Shown: positions 27,057 through 40,589, counted from the first letter of the stretch. The stretch is DNA of 64,000 nt from Paramecium tetraurelia (GCA_000165425.1 CT868657.1:208205-272204), one strand, 5' to 3'. Numbers and translations: made by a program. The notes: generated by a model from the letters alone, not told the origin.

Positions 27057-28556
27057 TCAATTGTTGTCCTTCGAAGCATAGATTACCAAGTTGTATTAAC
27101 TAGTATTTTTGTGACCATATTAGGAGCCAACTCTTCTTTCTTCGAGGTTCTTTGATGTTCCAAATGAAAATCTTAGTTCACTTGAGAGATCCTCATTATC
27201 AATATTGGTGAGAGCTATATTTTTGTTTGGTGAAAACCCAAAAGATTTTGATTAGACCCAATACCAATACATTTCACCATTTTAGCTTTTACGCGCACTA
27301 TAAGCATCCTAAGTGATTGAAAATACTTCGCTTGCTAAATCACATCCTATCAATCTTAAATTCTTGTTCTCTCTTGCTCCAATGCAAACAAGCTTATCAT
27401 TTTTATCCCAAAAAACTCTTTTTTAAATTCTCTCATAAGTATCCTGAGTAAAAGTTTTATTAAATGATTAATCATAAATTATCGTAAAATTCTAAAATTC
27501 TTCTACTCTACGATTTTCAAGTATTTCACTAATAAGCCATTATTAATTTCTTGTATTCTAGGATTTTGATTATTTGTCTTAATTAGTTTAATTAGTTTAA
27601 CTAGTTTAATTAGTTTAATTAGCTTAACTAGTTTAATTTGTGTATTTCGTATAATTTGTTTAATACTCTTAATTCGTATAATTGATATTTAAGTCTTCTT
27701 ACTAAGTTTAATTTAAAACTAATCTAGAATCGAAATCTTAAGCATTCAAATAAAATAAGTTATGACCAATCACCAAAAAAAGTAAAATCGACAATACAAA
27801 AATAACAGGCAATTTCAACTATTCTACTATTTACATGAAGGGACTTTCTCTTTATCTTTCCCTTTCTCTCTGTATTTCCCATTATGCCTAGGATTACTTA
27901 AAGTGATTACAAATTTTTAATTCTATTCGTTAAATTAAATTTTTAGTGCTTCTATTTGATTTTTAAGTCTAATATCACTGTCATATAAATTACTTATTAA
28001 ATTTCTAAAGAGAAACGATTTGATAGTTTTCTAGTATTTCATCTACTTCTCCTTATAGTTCAATTCCGCTTTGAGTAATCACTTTTCCATATTGTTCAAT
28101 ATCTTCATGATAGAATTTGAGCAATTTCAAATGCTGCTAATTAGAATAGTCAGGGGCAAGAATAATTAAATCCTTTTCGTTTTATAGTTTTGCAAGATAA
28201 GTACTAAAGAGTTATAAAAGTCTTTAATGTAGAAGATCAATATTCACAAAATTCTCCAATTCATGGATTTATTATAGAACTAGTTTTTTTTTAGAATCAC
28301 AATCAATGATTAATTTGTCTAGTATATCATTTTTTTGTTTTGATTTCTATTTGATTTGGGATAGAAATGCTGGAATTTCTATTATTTTTTCAAAATGGAG
28401 TTAATCAATCTATTTATGCTTTTTAATTAAGCATTCATAACATCCAAATGATTGATCTTTTATCTCTGAACATTCTATGTTTATACAAACGAATTTTTCT
28501 GGACTTGATGTGATACTGCAAGTATTGACACTAAAAGGGAGTTTGGACTCAAACAT
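27057..28556 (-). CDS. Single-pass membrane protein: Cys/His Zn-finger-like N-terminus, coiled coil, TM, N-glycosylated stalk, unnamed C-terminal domain
   Basis: CSITSSPEKFVCINIEC...GCYECLIKKH; TM LPVIFVLSILLFLVIGHNLFYL; NQT/NYT repeats; C-terminal LVCIGA...YWYWVQSKSFGFSP; 2 inferred introns. Confidence 0.7.
27579..27638 (-). repeat. 9-bp coding tandem repeat encoding (N/S)-Q-T
   Basis: ttaattagt/ttaactagt units; minus strand reads NQTSQANQTNQTSQTNQTNQ. Confidence 0.85.
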
Positions 28557-28643
28557 AAAATGCTATTGTTTAAATAAATAATTATAATGGTGATAATTTA
28601 CATACATATAATGAATTTATAATGTATAAAATCATGATTAACA

Positions 28644-29973
28644 TCAGGATTGATGAGATTGTTATTTAGATTTAACAATTCCAATTTTCGATTGATCTTC
28701 GTCAAACCAAACGTAATGATGAATAAGAAATGGCTATCCTAAAACAATCAGTTCATCTCCAATAATTGGATTATTTTTTATATATGGAATACAAATGTCT
28801 TTTGAGAATAATGCATGAGTGTTTCTTTTGAAGTATTGTGATCCTGACAACGTAAATTTGATCCCTCTATCCAATACAAATGTCAAATCTGGAAATGAAT
28901 CAATATTACTACACAATTGATAACTAAAGTATAAATGATGTAGATCATTACATTCCAAATTTCTAATAAAATTTCTCCATAGCATAAACTGGGAAGCTGA
29001 TGAATGATGTACCAGAATCAATAAGACCTTGGCAATTATTGCAATCATCAATTCTCTCATCTCCCAAAAAAACTGCTTTGATATTGATTGTCCAGAGATT
29101 ATCCGATGTAACATCAAAGAATTTGAATTCCTCACCAGGAGCAATCAAATGTTGCGATATCCCTCCCAGAACTAGTTCACTTGACATATCATCATCATCA
29201 CTATTACTCAAATACAGTGAAAAGTTTCGAGTATCTGTCTTTAAAAAAGAGTTACGTGATATATTACATCATATTCCAGGTTGTGAATGTAGGATGCGTT
29301 TTTGACTACTGCCTCCTTAATTCTACCCAATCCCAATATCCCATCGAATTTCATTTGGCTAAATATCTAAGATCCATAATATTGGTTACATCCTCTGACT
29401 GTTCTACTATGCCAACAATGAACTGGTTATTGACGCAGTATTGATTCAGACACACTCTGTCCTCAAAGAATACTCCCACTACACTCCCAGATGCAAATTA
29501 TATGTCAATCTCATTGCCTACTTCTCCCTAGGTACATATAAACAAAGTACATTTGCTAATTTAATGGCTTCGATGTAGTATGATGTAGTTGATAAGGATG
29601 GATTGTATGAACCATGTTGAATGCAACTGTTTTATTAGCAGAGAGATGAAGTAAGTAGTAGATTTGGGCTTCCTGTGTCAATCAAAACAGTTAATTTCTA
29701 TTCAGGTGTACCAACTGTCATTTCAGCCAAATAGAAGTTCTTTTGATTTTGTATGAATTTACTTCGTGCTTTTAGAGTAACAGTTCTATTGAATCATCAT
29801 TTACGTCCTTTTTTGATTAGCATTTATAAAATTACCATTATACTATCCAAAAACTTTTGAGATTTATGATGCTTATGATGTGCTTGCTTCTTCGATAACT
29901 TAACTGATTTCCCTTGATTATGTGCAACACACAATAGGATCAATTAAAAGAGTAACAAATATTTAAAGCTCAT
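28644..29973 (-). CDS. Pepsin-family (A1) aspartic protease with signal peptide
   Basis: FYLAEMTVGTPEQKLTVLIDTGS and GLIDSGTS catalytic motifs, FDGILGLG, LIVLG. Confidence 0.93.
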
Positions 29974-30044
29974 TCCTTCTCAAAAAACGATTTATAAATG
30001 TAATATTAATATTATTTAATTACAAAATTTAAATATTAACAAAT

Positions 30045-31312
30045 ATGTCTAGTTACCCAAAAAAAAGAATAAACTTTTCAGAATTGGACGATCATTTTGA
30101 TGATGATTAATAAATTGATTCTCTAAGATATAATGCTGAAATTGATAGTGCAATCCAAATTAAAAAGCCATCAGATCATGAAAAAGTAAATATATCAAAT
30201 TAAGTTCTAAGTTAAATGAAGTACAACAATTGTTATAATTTTCACCTCATCCTTAATAAGAAAATCAGAAAATCTCATCTGTTCGATGTTCATTTGGATT
30301 GAATTCAAATAATAATTTCAATCAAACTAGATTACCATTCTCCCAAAATCAAAATAGTGTAAACTCTTCAATTCAAATTGGTTCACCTGATACAGCCTCC
30401 TTCCCATTATAGAAGAAATTTCTTAAGTTGTATCAAATGAGATAGTAAAATTAATTATTTAATCCCTTTCAGATCAATTGAAGAAATCAGCGGAGAGAAT
30501 GATCTTAGTCAAAGTAGAGAAAACATGACCAAGAAGTCCAATCATACCTTAAATACTGAAGAGGATAAAAATGCGCAATTCAATCAAGATGAAACCTTAT
30601 AAAATGAATTATATCAGAATGATTCCTATGCTCTATTCACTTAATTGCTTGAATCATTGGAATAGGCCTAGAATTAATTACAGAAACAATAAATCCAATA
30701 TTAAGAGTTGCAATCCAAGTATGAAAAACAACAATCACAAATCAACTATTTGACTAAATTGAATTAAGAAATCACTAAAACCTTAGATGAAACTCAAAAT
30801 CAATTGCAATTGTTGAATGAAACTAATGGACTTCTAAAGAAAAAGATCTAATCCTACAAATAATACAGTATAACCGAGTAATCACAATACAACGGAAACA
30901 CCAATAGGTATAACAAAGAGAATCATGACTATCTAAAACATCATAGCAGCACAGAATCCACTCAATCAATTGAATTAGTTAACAATCTTAAGAAAACACA
31001 AAAAGTCACTAACACATATTCCAATATTATTATGATGTTACTATTGATGATCTAAAAATGCTTTTATTTAGATGAATCAATTGACAAGGATGGAAAAGAA
31101 GTTATTACTAAGATAACTCAATTAATCAATCAAAAATAGTTGGTACTTACTTTATGCAATACTCATAGGATAATATTGTATTTTCAATTGAATCCCTAAT
31201 TAAATACTTCGAGCAAAGATTCTCTGATATGGCTACCAAAAATAGTAAAGTGCAGTCAATGTCTAATATCATGGATCAAATCAAATAATTAGTTGATTAA
31301 AGAGCCAATTGA
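30045..31312 (+). CDS. Hypothetical coiled-coil protein
   Basis: MSSYPKKRI..., Q/E/K-rich heptads, mini-introns, TGA 31310-31312. Confidence 0.6.
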
Positions 31313-31528
31313 AATAATTAATAGCTAATATATATTTTACTAATTTTTTTAATTTATGAGCAGACATCCTGCTTATAATATTAATAAATCTTTAGATTCA
31401 ATAATCATTTTTTAAGTTTAATAGCTAAAATATATTTTAAATAGTCATAATAGTCTAAAATTAAATCCAAATTTAGAAAACATAACATATCATTAGGAAA
31501 CTATATTATTGAGGTTGATACGAAGATT

Positions 31529-32778
31529 TCAAGCTTAATCAATTTCAATATAAACTAAAATCAATGAATAATCATCCTATATATCAGGTTAAAGTTTCGC
31601 CTTTTTTCTCGCCTCTTCTATAATTTAGCCTGCTGCACAATCAATGGCTGCTTAACTATTAGGAGGCGTAATTGGAGTCAATATTCTACAGATGTCAATA
31701 ATATCAATCATATCCAAAATTGACCCAGTGGCTAGGACTAAAAAACCTTCTTGCAAAATTTGAAAAGTGTGGATTTCAGGCGACGAAATGATTCCAATTT
31801 ATTTTGCCAAAGCATCACCAAAAGATCTTGTAATGGTGACACCTTTGATATCTTACTTTTTTGATTTAACTTTTAATGGTCCAGTTTTTTGAAAACCTTG
31901 AGTGTCCTACTCAATTTTTCCACCTGATTCCAAAATCCTTTGTGATTCTGTTGCTTTTTCAGGAGTATGCTGACTTGATAATTGCTTTATTTTAAAAGTA
32001 GCAGGTCCAAGTTAATCTGGTTTATCACTCCTTTAAAAATAAAATGTTCTTGTGTCACCAATGTTAGCAGATATTAAATAATTTTCAAAGGTTAAAGCCA
32101 AATTCATTGTAGTACCACTATCAGTAATATCGATATTGGATAAATTTGCCTAATAATTAGGTGGATTGATTGCATTACTAGATTGGAATCAATTTTTTAG
32201 AAGGATGCTATGAGATTGGAATTAATTTACTCCACAAATTTTGGTTGAGTGTTCGCAGATTCTATCATATCAAAAATATAATCAGAAAGTTGTTTTATTG
32301 CAAATTAGGATACTTTTGCTCCTTAATCACCATGACCATCAGCCAAAAGGAATATATTCTTATCAGTTTATTTATTGATTTCCAGCTTGTAGAATAAAGT
32401 ATCTTAATTATCTTTAAACGCTTTAGTGTAGGCTTTCAATCCAGCAATTGATCTAAGCCAATATATTGATTCAATTACCTTGTTGCTATATGCTTAATTT
32501 TATTTTATTTCTTTAAACATCTAGACTCAATATTTTACTTCTAACATGATGATAAAAGAGTATACTTATTATTCTATGTCTTAAAATATTGCAATGTTTG
32601 AATTAGATACTAAATTAGTTGATTTTTAAGATGGCTCACTTTTGGCATAGTTAGGATCATTAGCATTGGTCTTATTAATTTTGATTGGATCAGTTATGTT
32701 AAAATCTGGTTTTGGATTCAGTGCAAATGTCATTTATTTATTGACAACATCTTTCTATTTATTTTATTAAGAACTCAT
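31529..32778 (-). CDS. PP2C/PPM-family phosphatase (degenerate active site)
   Basis: NQD, LADGHG, SGTT, ANIGDTR, HTPE..ESQRI..SGG, ITRSFGD, LVLATGSILD, QDDYSLILV. Confidence 0.88.
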
Positions 32779-32991
32779 ATTATATTATTAAATTTAATTC
32801 AGAAATCTCTTGATTTATTCCTTAATTAAATAACGTGACGTTAGGAGGCAAATGAAAAAGAGGTTTGTTTTGATAATTTATATAAAAACAATTTATAATG
32901 ATTATATACAAGTGTTTATAAAAATGATATAATTTATCCATTTAAAAAAATAAATTATGCAATTAAAGATATTTATTTTAAGTTAATTACA

Positions 32992-33937
32992 TCATTGATT
33001 CTGATTTGAGTAATGTCCAATTGTACAAATACGATTAGATAGTGTGAAATGTAATTTGGACGTATGTGATTGGAAATGTAACAGTCAAAGTTTTATAATA
33101 TTAAATATTTTTATGAAGGTGATGAAATATAAATCTTGCTTATCAAGAGAGTACAAATAATTATGGTTCCTGATCTGTTTCTTTACGATTCTGAGTTAGT
33201 ATGGTTTAAGTTAACTTGGGGGAATCGGTTTGTTATTTATTTAGAAGAGAGAAGGTGTTAAAGAGGAATTTTTCTTGTTTCTGTTCCTCTATGTACTGAT
33301 ACAATAATTTCTAATTTAAGCATTAAGTTAATACATTCTTGAGACGTTAGAAGTTGCCTTACAGAATTACAGATTATTGAAAGAGGAAACTTGATGTAAG
33401 AACAATATCATTTTGGAGATATTTGATTTATTGTAATTATTCTTATTGTTTTTTGATTGAGTCTTATTGGTCTAAAAAGTAGTGATACAAAAATACCTGT
33501 TTGTTCTTCCTCGTCAGATTATTAACCATTGCTTCGACGGTGAACATGTACGAGTAGATTTCTAAAAAGTTTGATAATAATCTTAAATAATATACTTGGC
33601 TTCCCTTTTGAAATACTTGTGTTGAAATTGATTCCAGCCATTCTTCAACCGTTTCTTAACAAAGTTATACATATTCAATTGTCGTAAGAAAGATTAAAAG
33701 TTGCGATGTCTGAAATATTAAGGAAGCACCTAAAAAATAAATTTGAATCTTGACTTTACTTTGTTTGCGAATTCCCTAGAGTTTTTGATATAGAACATCT
33801 CTCCACAATCGGACCACTCTATCAGATGTTTAAGCTTCGGTGTCTGTTGAAATTCTATAATTATATTTTTGTACATCCAGCATTTCAAAGGTTCTGAGGA
33901 GGAAATGGGCTATTCCTACCCTTCTTTTGGAACTCAT
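32992..33937 (-). CDS. HSF-type DNA-binding transcription factor (3' end approximate)
   Basis: FLLRTFEML...IEWS...VLPQYFRHRNFQSFLRQLNMYNF.K...FQHKYFKR. Confidence 0.88.
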
Positions 33938-34028
33938 ATTTTGAATATAAATAATAAAAATACAAAAAGATAGAATAGAAGAGTATGATATTTAAGATAG
34001 GGTATTTAAAATTCTTAATATTGATGCG

Positions 34029-34529
34029 TCACTTCTTATCTAATAATTTTGTTTCCGATCGAGGTACCAAATTCTCAATTAAATTAAAATCATTCATTCT
34101 TTCTAATTTTGTCTAAGTTTCCTTATCAACTTGAGGAGTATGGTATGATACATAAGGTTTGAGCTAAAATAGTCATTCAATTACTTCAAATCCGGTCAAA
34201 TCTGGTATATCGTATTAAGGAATTCTACTCTTATCAACCACAAATTTCGCTTTATTTTATAATACTTCACTTACATCCAACAAATTTTCCAAATACTCTA
34301 TCGCTTTCCTATCTCAATTTTCTAATCCTCATAATCCCTTCGTAAGTCTTAGTCTATTCAAACTACTTTTTCATATTTTTACATTCTTCAATTGCTCCAC
34401 TGCATTCAATGATACACTCCCAGGTTCCTTATGATATTACTGATGTCCTAATTTATAATTATACAATCCAAGAGTCTTTCTGAAAGTCTATCCAGCCTTT
34501 CTTCGACAAACTGAGAATCCGCTTTACAT
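34029..34529 (-). CDS. MRPL41: Mitochondrial ribosomal protein mL41 (MRP-L27 family)
   Basis: MQSGFSVCRRK presequence-like start; FGKFVG.KFVVDKSRIPQYDIPDLTGFELKPYVSYHTP signature; 3 mini-introns. Confidence 0.8.
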
Positions 34530-34712
34530 TTAATTTATGAATAATATAAAAATTAATATCTCAACTATTCTTCTCATGTAGGGATCCTTTTTGGATAGTA
34601 ACTCAAATTAATTGGCACATAAATAGATGGTAAAAACATTGAATATTATAATTTTTTATATTTATACGATTATGTTCCTCTATAAAAAGTTTCATGTGGC
34701 TATTGTCATAAC

Positions 34713-35747
34713 TCATACTTTCCTGCCATTAAAATTAACATTTATGATAATTAATCATAAAATTCTGTTTAGTTTTCCTCATTATCTAATTAATCTGTAA
34801 ATTCATAAACAGTATTATTCATATTATTGAATTACTTGGAATCTAAGGTAGTAGACAGATTAATTTATTTTTCCTCTTAATGTTCTACTTTTTCAATTTG
34901 ATTTTAGTTATAAGTTGACAACCATCGTTTTAATTCTTGCAAAGCTTCCAAATAAACTTATTACTCAGTGATTCTCTTACTAATTCCTTGCTTCTCTATT
35001 TTCAATTGATAATTTTCAGCCAAAATCTTACTCTAAATATCTAATACAAGCTAAATTAAAAACATTGACTAATTGTTGTTTTTCTCATTCTTTTTCCACT
35101 CAACTATCATTTTGGGCAGCACTTCAATTTCTTCCTTAATAGTAGTTAAATATTCAATAAAACTAGACTTTGGATTGTATTACGTTTGGAGAATTTATTC
35201 CTACTGTACTCTATCCAAGATATTTTATTATAGCCTACTTATTTAATAAGAATTCCATCACAGGATACAGAAGGTCCCTTAAAGACTCCAAGTCCTAATA
35301 CTTATCATAATATTGTGCAATGATCAAAGCCTTGATTGTGTCAGCCAATACTTTTTAGTTAGTCCTAATTTATATAGAATTGCATTACTTTAATTGAATT
35401 TGGTTGCCAACTTTCAAAAAATTTTGAAGATTCAATTATAAGCCGATTTCTGCCAAGTACTGATCATTTATCAACCTCTGCCTTAATTAAATTATATCAT
35501 TTGGTTTTTTAAAGTATGATAACTGATTTGGAAATCTAAAGGCTAAAAATGATGAATACCCTTGTAGCAACATGTAGTCATAAAAATAGAATTCCAGAAA
35601 CTATTATCCTGCAACGGTCAAATCTTCATTATTTCCATAAACATATGTTTAATTCGATTTTTGATTATATTCCAATTCATGAATTTTATTTGTCAAAGCC
35701 CGAATTAGTAGATTTTTATTTTTAAATTAGAGGAGTTACAATAGCAT
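34713..35747 (-). CDS. RNase III-domain + dsRBD protein, catalytically degenerate (ends approximate)
   Basis: FKNKNLLIRALT..NNEDLTVAGQQ..FP..RQRLIND.YLAEIG..LNL.NFLKVG..KVLADTIKALIIAQYYD, then dsRBD NPKSSFIEYL...GISKRITEQQVYLEALQEL. Confidence 0.8.
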
Positions 35748-36936
35748 TTCCTAGCTCTAATTAGATAAATAATATATTTATTTCCAGAAATTTTGCAGCT
35801 TATGTACAATATTTAAGTAAAATTAATTGCGTAACAATAAAATGCAAATTAATATTAATAATTTTCATGGTAAAAAAATATATGAACCTCTTCTTAATTA
35901 AATATTCATACTTAACTCATGACTAGGATGTGAAAAACATGGTTGGACTACTACGAAATTAAGTATATATTAATTTATGTTTATTAATTTTAATATAATC
36001 AAAAAATGAAAAATGCTATTGATATTAGAATATACCTTGGATTTTGCAGTAAAAAGAGTAATACATTAATAATACACTTAATTTTAAATTATTACATTAT
36101 TATTTATTATTGTTTCAGTTAATAATCCTTAAAATATATTTATTTTTCACTTAATATAAAAATGTATTTAAAAGTTTTTTATTTAGTGATTTTTTACATT
36201 ATAGCATTTTTAAATAGTTATTGTAGAAGTAATTTTTTGTAATAAATTCATGATATAATCTATCTTATTCAAATATTTTAGTTAAAAACCAAGTTCAAAA
36301 GCAATCTAAACAATTATGATTTTAGAAAAATTATGTAATTTAATAAACGCCTTTCAGTTACAGCATTTTTATATTATTTGTATTTGCAAATAAATATTGC
36401 AGAATCACCTTTTTCTATTTATTCTTTATGAGATATGAATAAAACTTATTCCTTCAAGCTTCGATTTTATACTTTGGAATAACAAAACTTTTAATTTGCT
36501 TAATTTTATTTATACAACAATTTTGATAATATTGTATAACTAATTGGCTATTTCCATAATTTCTCTTAAATAGATCAATAATGTAAAATTCTAGACAATT
36601 TACACAGTATATTGAATTACATCCAAGTTTCTAAATTTATTTGTAAATGAATATCTACTAATCAGCATTCTACCACCTTTTATTTTGTTATGTTGCCCGA
36701 AATTCGATGGTAATTAAATATTAAAATGGGATCATTTGCAGCCAAATCATATTCATTATTTTTCTAAGGTATTATTGAGATGAGTAAATAAAGTTTCTGA
36801 TTTATTAATTCTTTTATGAGCATCTCAAATTCAGCTCAGCTTATGTTAACTCACCTAAATCGAGATAGCTCTGGGAGTAGAGGGTTAAAATGTAAGAAGA
36901 TAATTTTATGATAATTATTAAATTATCTATATATTA

Positions 36937-38188
36937 ATGTTTATCAGGAATGAAATGAAGTCTGGTCTTCAAAGTAGCGATTCGTTCGTATTAAGTAATA
37001 AATCAACCAGTTAAGAGAAAATGTCTCAGGAGTAGAGTGCTCAATAATCACCTAAGAAGCGATCCCTGCTTAAATAAAAACATCATCTCATTCCACTTAC
37101 TGATAGGTTGGAAATTAGAAAATGCTATTATAATGATTAGTAAAACCAAGAGTTAAAATCACAAGAACATAGATTAAACAATTCTCTCTAAAAAAATAAA
37201 ATGAATTTACTTCCAAAACTATAAGGTTAGGATTCAGATAAGACTTTGTTTCAAACAGTTATTGAAATATTTCCTGCAGATCATCCAATTTGGAATGATT
37301 TAGTTGAAAAATCTTAGACTATAGAAGATGTTATTGAATCGAATCCAGCCTTTTTTTTAGGGTTAATGAGTAATTTTATAAATTCGATTATGATTAGCTC
37401 TTTATGTATAACAATCCAAACTACAAGCACTTAAAAATAAATTTCAGTTGAAGGCTATTCAAAGTTAATACCAATAGGATTATCAAAATGGCAGTGTAGG
37501 AAACCAAGATGTTCTATTGGATTAATCGAAGGCTCACGATTAAATGTGGGGCAAGAACCTTAAATAACTATACACTGGGAGTGTCTATAATGTATTTAGA
37601 ATATTTATATAAGTCTCAATATCTGCCTTTTAAGTTAGAAAAAAAGAGAAAATCTCCTCAGCCAGATTTCAACCCTAATTTAAGCCATTCGTCTTATTTA
37701 TCGACTTATAGATCTTAATTTTAAAATTGGAAACCTCAATATCCTGGCAAGATGACAAGAGAGACATCCTCAGTTGAGCCATAAAATTTGCCATTTATTT
37801 CGGAAACCAGTTATACTCGAGAATTCAAAAACAAAAGAACAGAAAGATCTCCTTTGTAAAAGATAGCAAAATTGTATGTAATTAAATTTTAATCAGAGGA
37901 CCCTTTGCTGAAAACTCCGAGTAATTAGTCAAAGAAAGTACATCTTCGTATTACTAATAATAACAATTTAATAGAATTCCTTCAAGAATAATGCGCCCAA
38001 TAAGTCCAAAATTATTCAATGCTAGTTTTGAAGGATAGTATACATCAGAATTTAATAAGTAAAATTAGATAATATTAAGATCTTACCACATAAATTCAGA
38101 TCAAGAATCTTCTTTTGCAAATAGATTTTATGAAAGTAATTCTGTCAAGAAAATCTTTGATAGAAAATTTGATAGTAAAATTTTTTGA
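36937..38188 (+). CDS. Hypothetical protein with repeated S/T-x-Y-xxx-F/Y motifs (possible SAXO/MAP6-like microtubule binder)
   Basis: SQYQQDYQ, SVYNSQYLPF, STYRSQFQNW, TSYTREFKNK, SEFNKQ motifs; mini-introns. Confidence 0.55.
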
Positions 38189-38213
38189 TTATTATTTCTA
38201 AATAAACAGTCAA

Positions 38214-39479
38214 TCACTTTTTCTCTGGTTTATAATATCTCTATGGTACAAATGGAGTTGGACTCAAAGTGATATTAACTTTGGATCCTCTAATGTCGGC
38301 TTATAATTGGGTTCCATCTTTAGCATATTCGTTGTTGATGAAAGCAAAGCCTAAACCTTTCTTTAGATTAGGTGAATAAGTGCCACTTGTAACAGAACCA
38401 ACCTTTTGTCCTTAGAATTCAATATCACAAGGTGGTCTAGCAATTCCTGATTGAGTGATGAAACCCATTCTTTTGAATTTGGCATCCTTTTATCTTTGGG
38501 GTAAAGCATCTCTACCGATAAAGGCAGCAGATTCATTGTATTTTCCAGTCTCTTTCTACATTATTAAATACAGACAAATACATTGGGTTTTCTGACAGTC
38601 CACATTAATTTGGCTTCATATGGGGAGATAGTGTCATCCATTTCGTGGCCATGTAAACACAATCCAGCTTCAAGACGCAATGAATCTCTGGCTCCCAAAC
38701 CACAGAATTAAGCCATTTTGGTAGCCAATAATTAGTCACACAATTCTTATGCTTTAGAACTCTCAACAGATATTTCGTAGCCATCTTCACCTGTGTATCC
38801 ACATCTATTAATTTGATAGTCTATTCCATTCTTTTTGATATTCACCATAAACATAAATGGTATCTTGTCTAAATTGTATTCTGTTCCGAAGACTTCGTTC
38901 AAAACCTTATGAGCATTTGGTCCTAAAAATAGATTCACAGAATTACCTTAGACAGCAATCAAAGGCTTGTCTTTGAGATACTCATATTAGACTTTGTAGT
39001 TATAATCCTTAATGATTTTGTCCATTTGTTTCATATCGATAAACTTGTTTCCAGCATTTACAACAATGTGACTTTTTTATTGAATACAAATTGATACATG
39101 TGATCATCTCTTTTAGCAACTATGGTATCATCAATGATGCCTGCTTTTTCATTCAATATCAAACACAATACGCTTTGTCCTGATTTCTTTGCTAATTGAT
39201 TGATTAATGACAATAATACATACTTTGGAAATCTCCGGTTGTGAGGGTTTCTACGAATTTCATTCTGTCTTCTCCAAAGACTTTGACTTGTCCCATGTGT
39301 GATACATCAAACAATCCACATGACTCTCTGCAATACAGATGCTCCTTCAAAACACCTTGTGGATATTGGACAGGCATTTCGTATCCAGCAAATGGAACCA
39401 TTTTGGCTTTGAGATTGACATGATAATCATGCAAATGCAATTTCATTAACTAGGTGAAACTATAAGATATCTTTTTCAT
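38214..39479 (-). CDS. AMT: Glycine cleavage system T protein (aminomethyltransferase)
   Basis: [83 protein letters not shown]. Confidence 0.96.
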
Positions 39480-39701
39480 ATTTTATTATTTGAATGCAAT
39501 TAATATCATTTATTTCATTACATATTATTTTATTAATGAAAGTGAGATCCCATTATTCATTTCATATAATTAGAATGTTTGTCGATGTATTTCGAATATG
39601 GCTCTAATATTTTGAGCAGACACAATATTTAGTTGATAAATTAAAACTTGAAGAATAATTAAAGTGATAATTTAATCCAAAAATATTATTTATTTTCCAC
39701 A

Positions 39702-40589
39702 ATGGACATCAAACAATTAGAGAGACAGGTGAGGGAAATTACTGAATTACAGGATTCTATTAAATGTAAGACTAAACCTTTTCATATTTTTTAGAAACTT
39801 CAAATTATTGTTCCACTTTCCCTGAACACAGCGGCATGGTTGCCTTCATTATTGAAAGTGAGTTCATAAGTGCTAGAAAAGAGAGAAAGAAACTCTATTT
39901 GTTCCTCATTCATTAGATCATCCTTGATGAAAAAAATGCAAAAAGAATGGATTATCCGTATGTCAAGTGTTTCGGTCAAAAATTAAAGAAGTTAATCATA
40001 GATTATGCATAGTAATTAATGAATTTAAGTTTAGTTAAGTGGATGATATTGCAGATTTGGAGAAGGCCTATGCTGTTATTAGAAGATGGGAAAAGGACTT
40101 AATTTATCATCCAATATTTTTGGATAAGTTGAGAGGCATACTTCAACCAAAATACGATCAATTGAAGTACTAGCAAATGATTGTTAATTAAATAACTTAG
40201 AATGAATTAGCAAGCAATAAAATTCTAGTTCAAAATTTATAAATTATTTAATAATTTGATTCAACATACAAATTGTATTTGCATTTGAAGTCCTTAAGAG
40301 ATATTGATGACAAATGTCTAGATTTCAATACGAATTTCGATAAATATATGATGAAGTGTGAACTTGAAAAAATTGAAGATTATGAAATGATAGACGATCT
40401 TTTAGAATAAGGAGAAGCCTCTAAAACCTTTTTATCTGAAGTAAGCACTTATTACTATCTTAGAACATATGTTAGACTTAGATTCATTATTTGGACCTAG
40501 CCAGACTAGGAGAACATCTAATTAAGGAGGACTTTGAAAAAAAAGATAATAAAATCGAATATTACAAATCAAAAAGACCCATTTAATGA
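39702..40589 (+). CDS. CTD-interacting-domain (CID/RPR) protein, RPRD/Rtt103-like
   Basis: ELQDSIK.TSNYC...HSGMVAFIIESEF..ARKERKKLYLFLIHQII...AVIRRWEK. Confidence 0.6.

Noticed and set aside
27579..27638. Short direct repeats as CRISPR-like or telomeric array
   Set aside because: 9-bp coding repeat without spacers; not C4A2/C3A3 telomeric sequence
35870..36900. 1-kb AT-rich gap as possible retained IES, transposon or ncRNA
   Set aside because: No terminal inverted repeats, transposase motifs or RNA boxes recognised; IES status cannot be judged without MAC/MIC comparison
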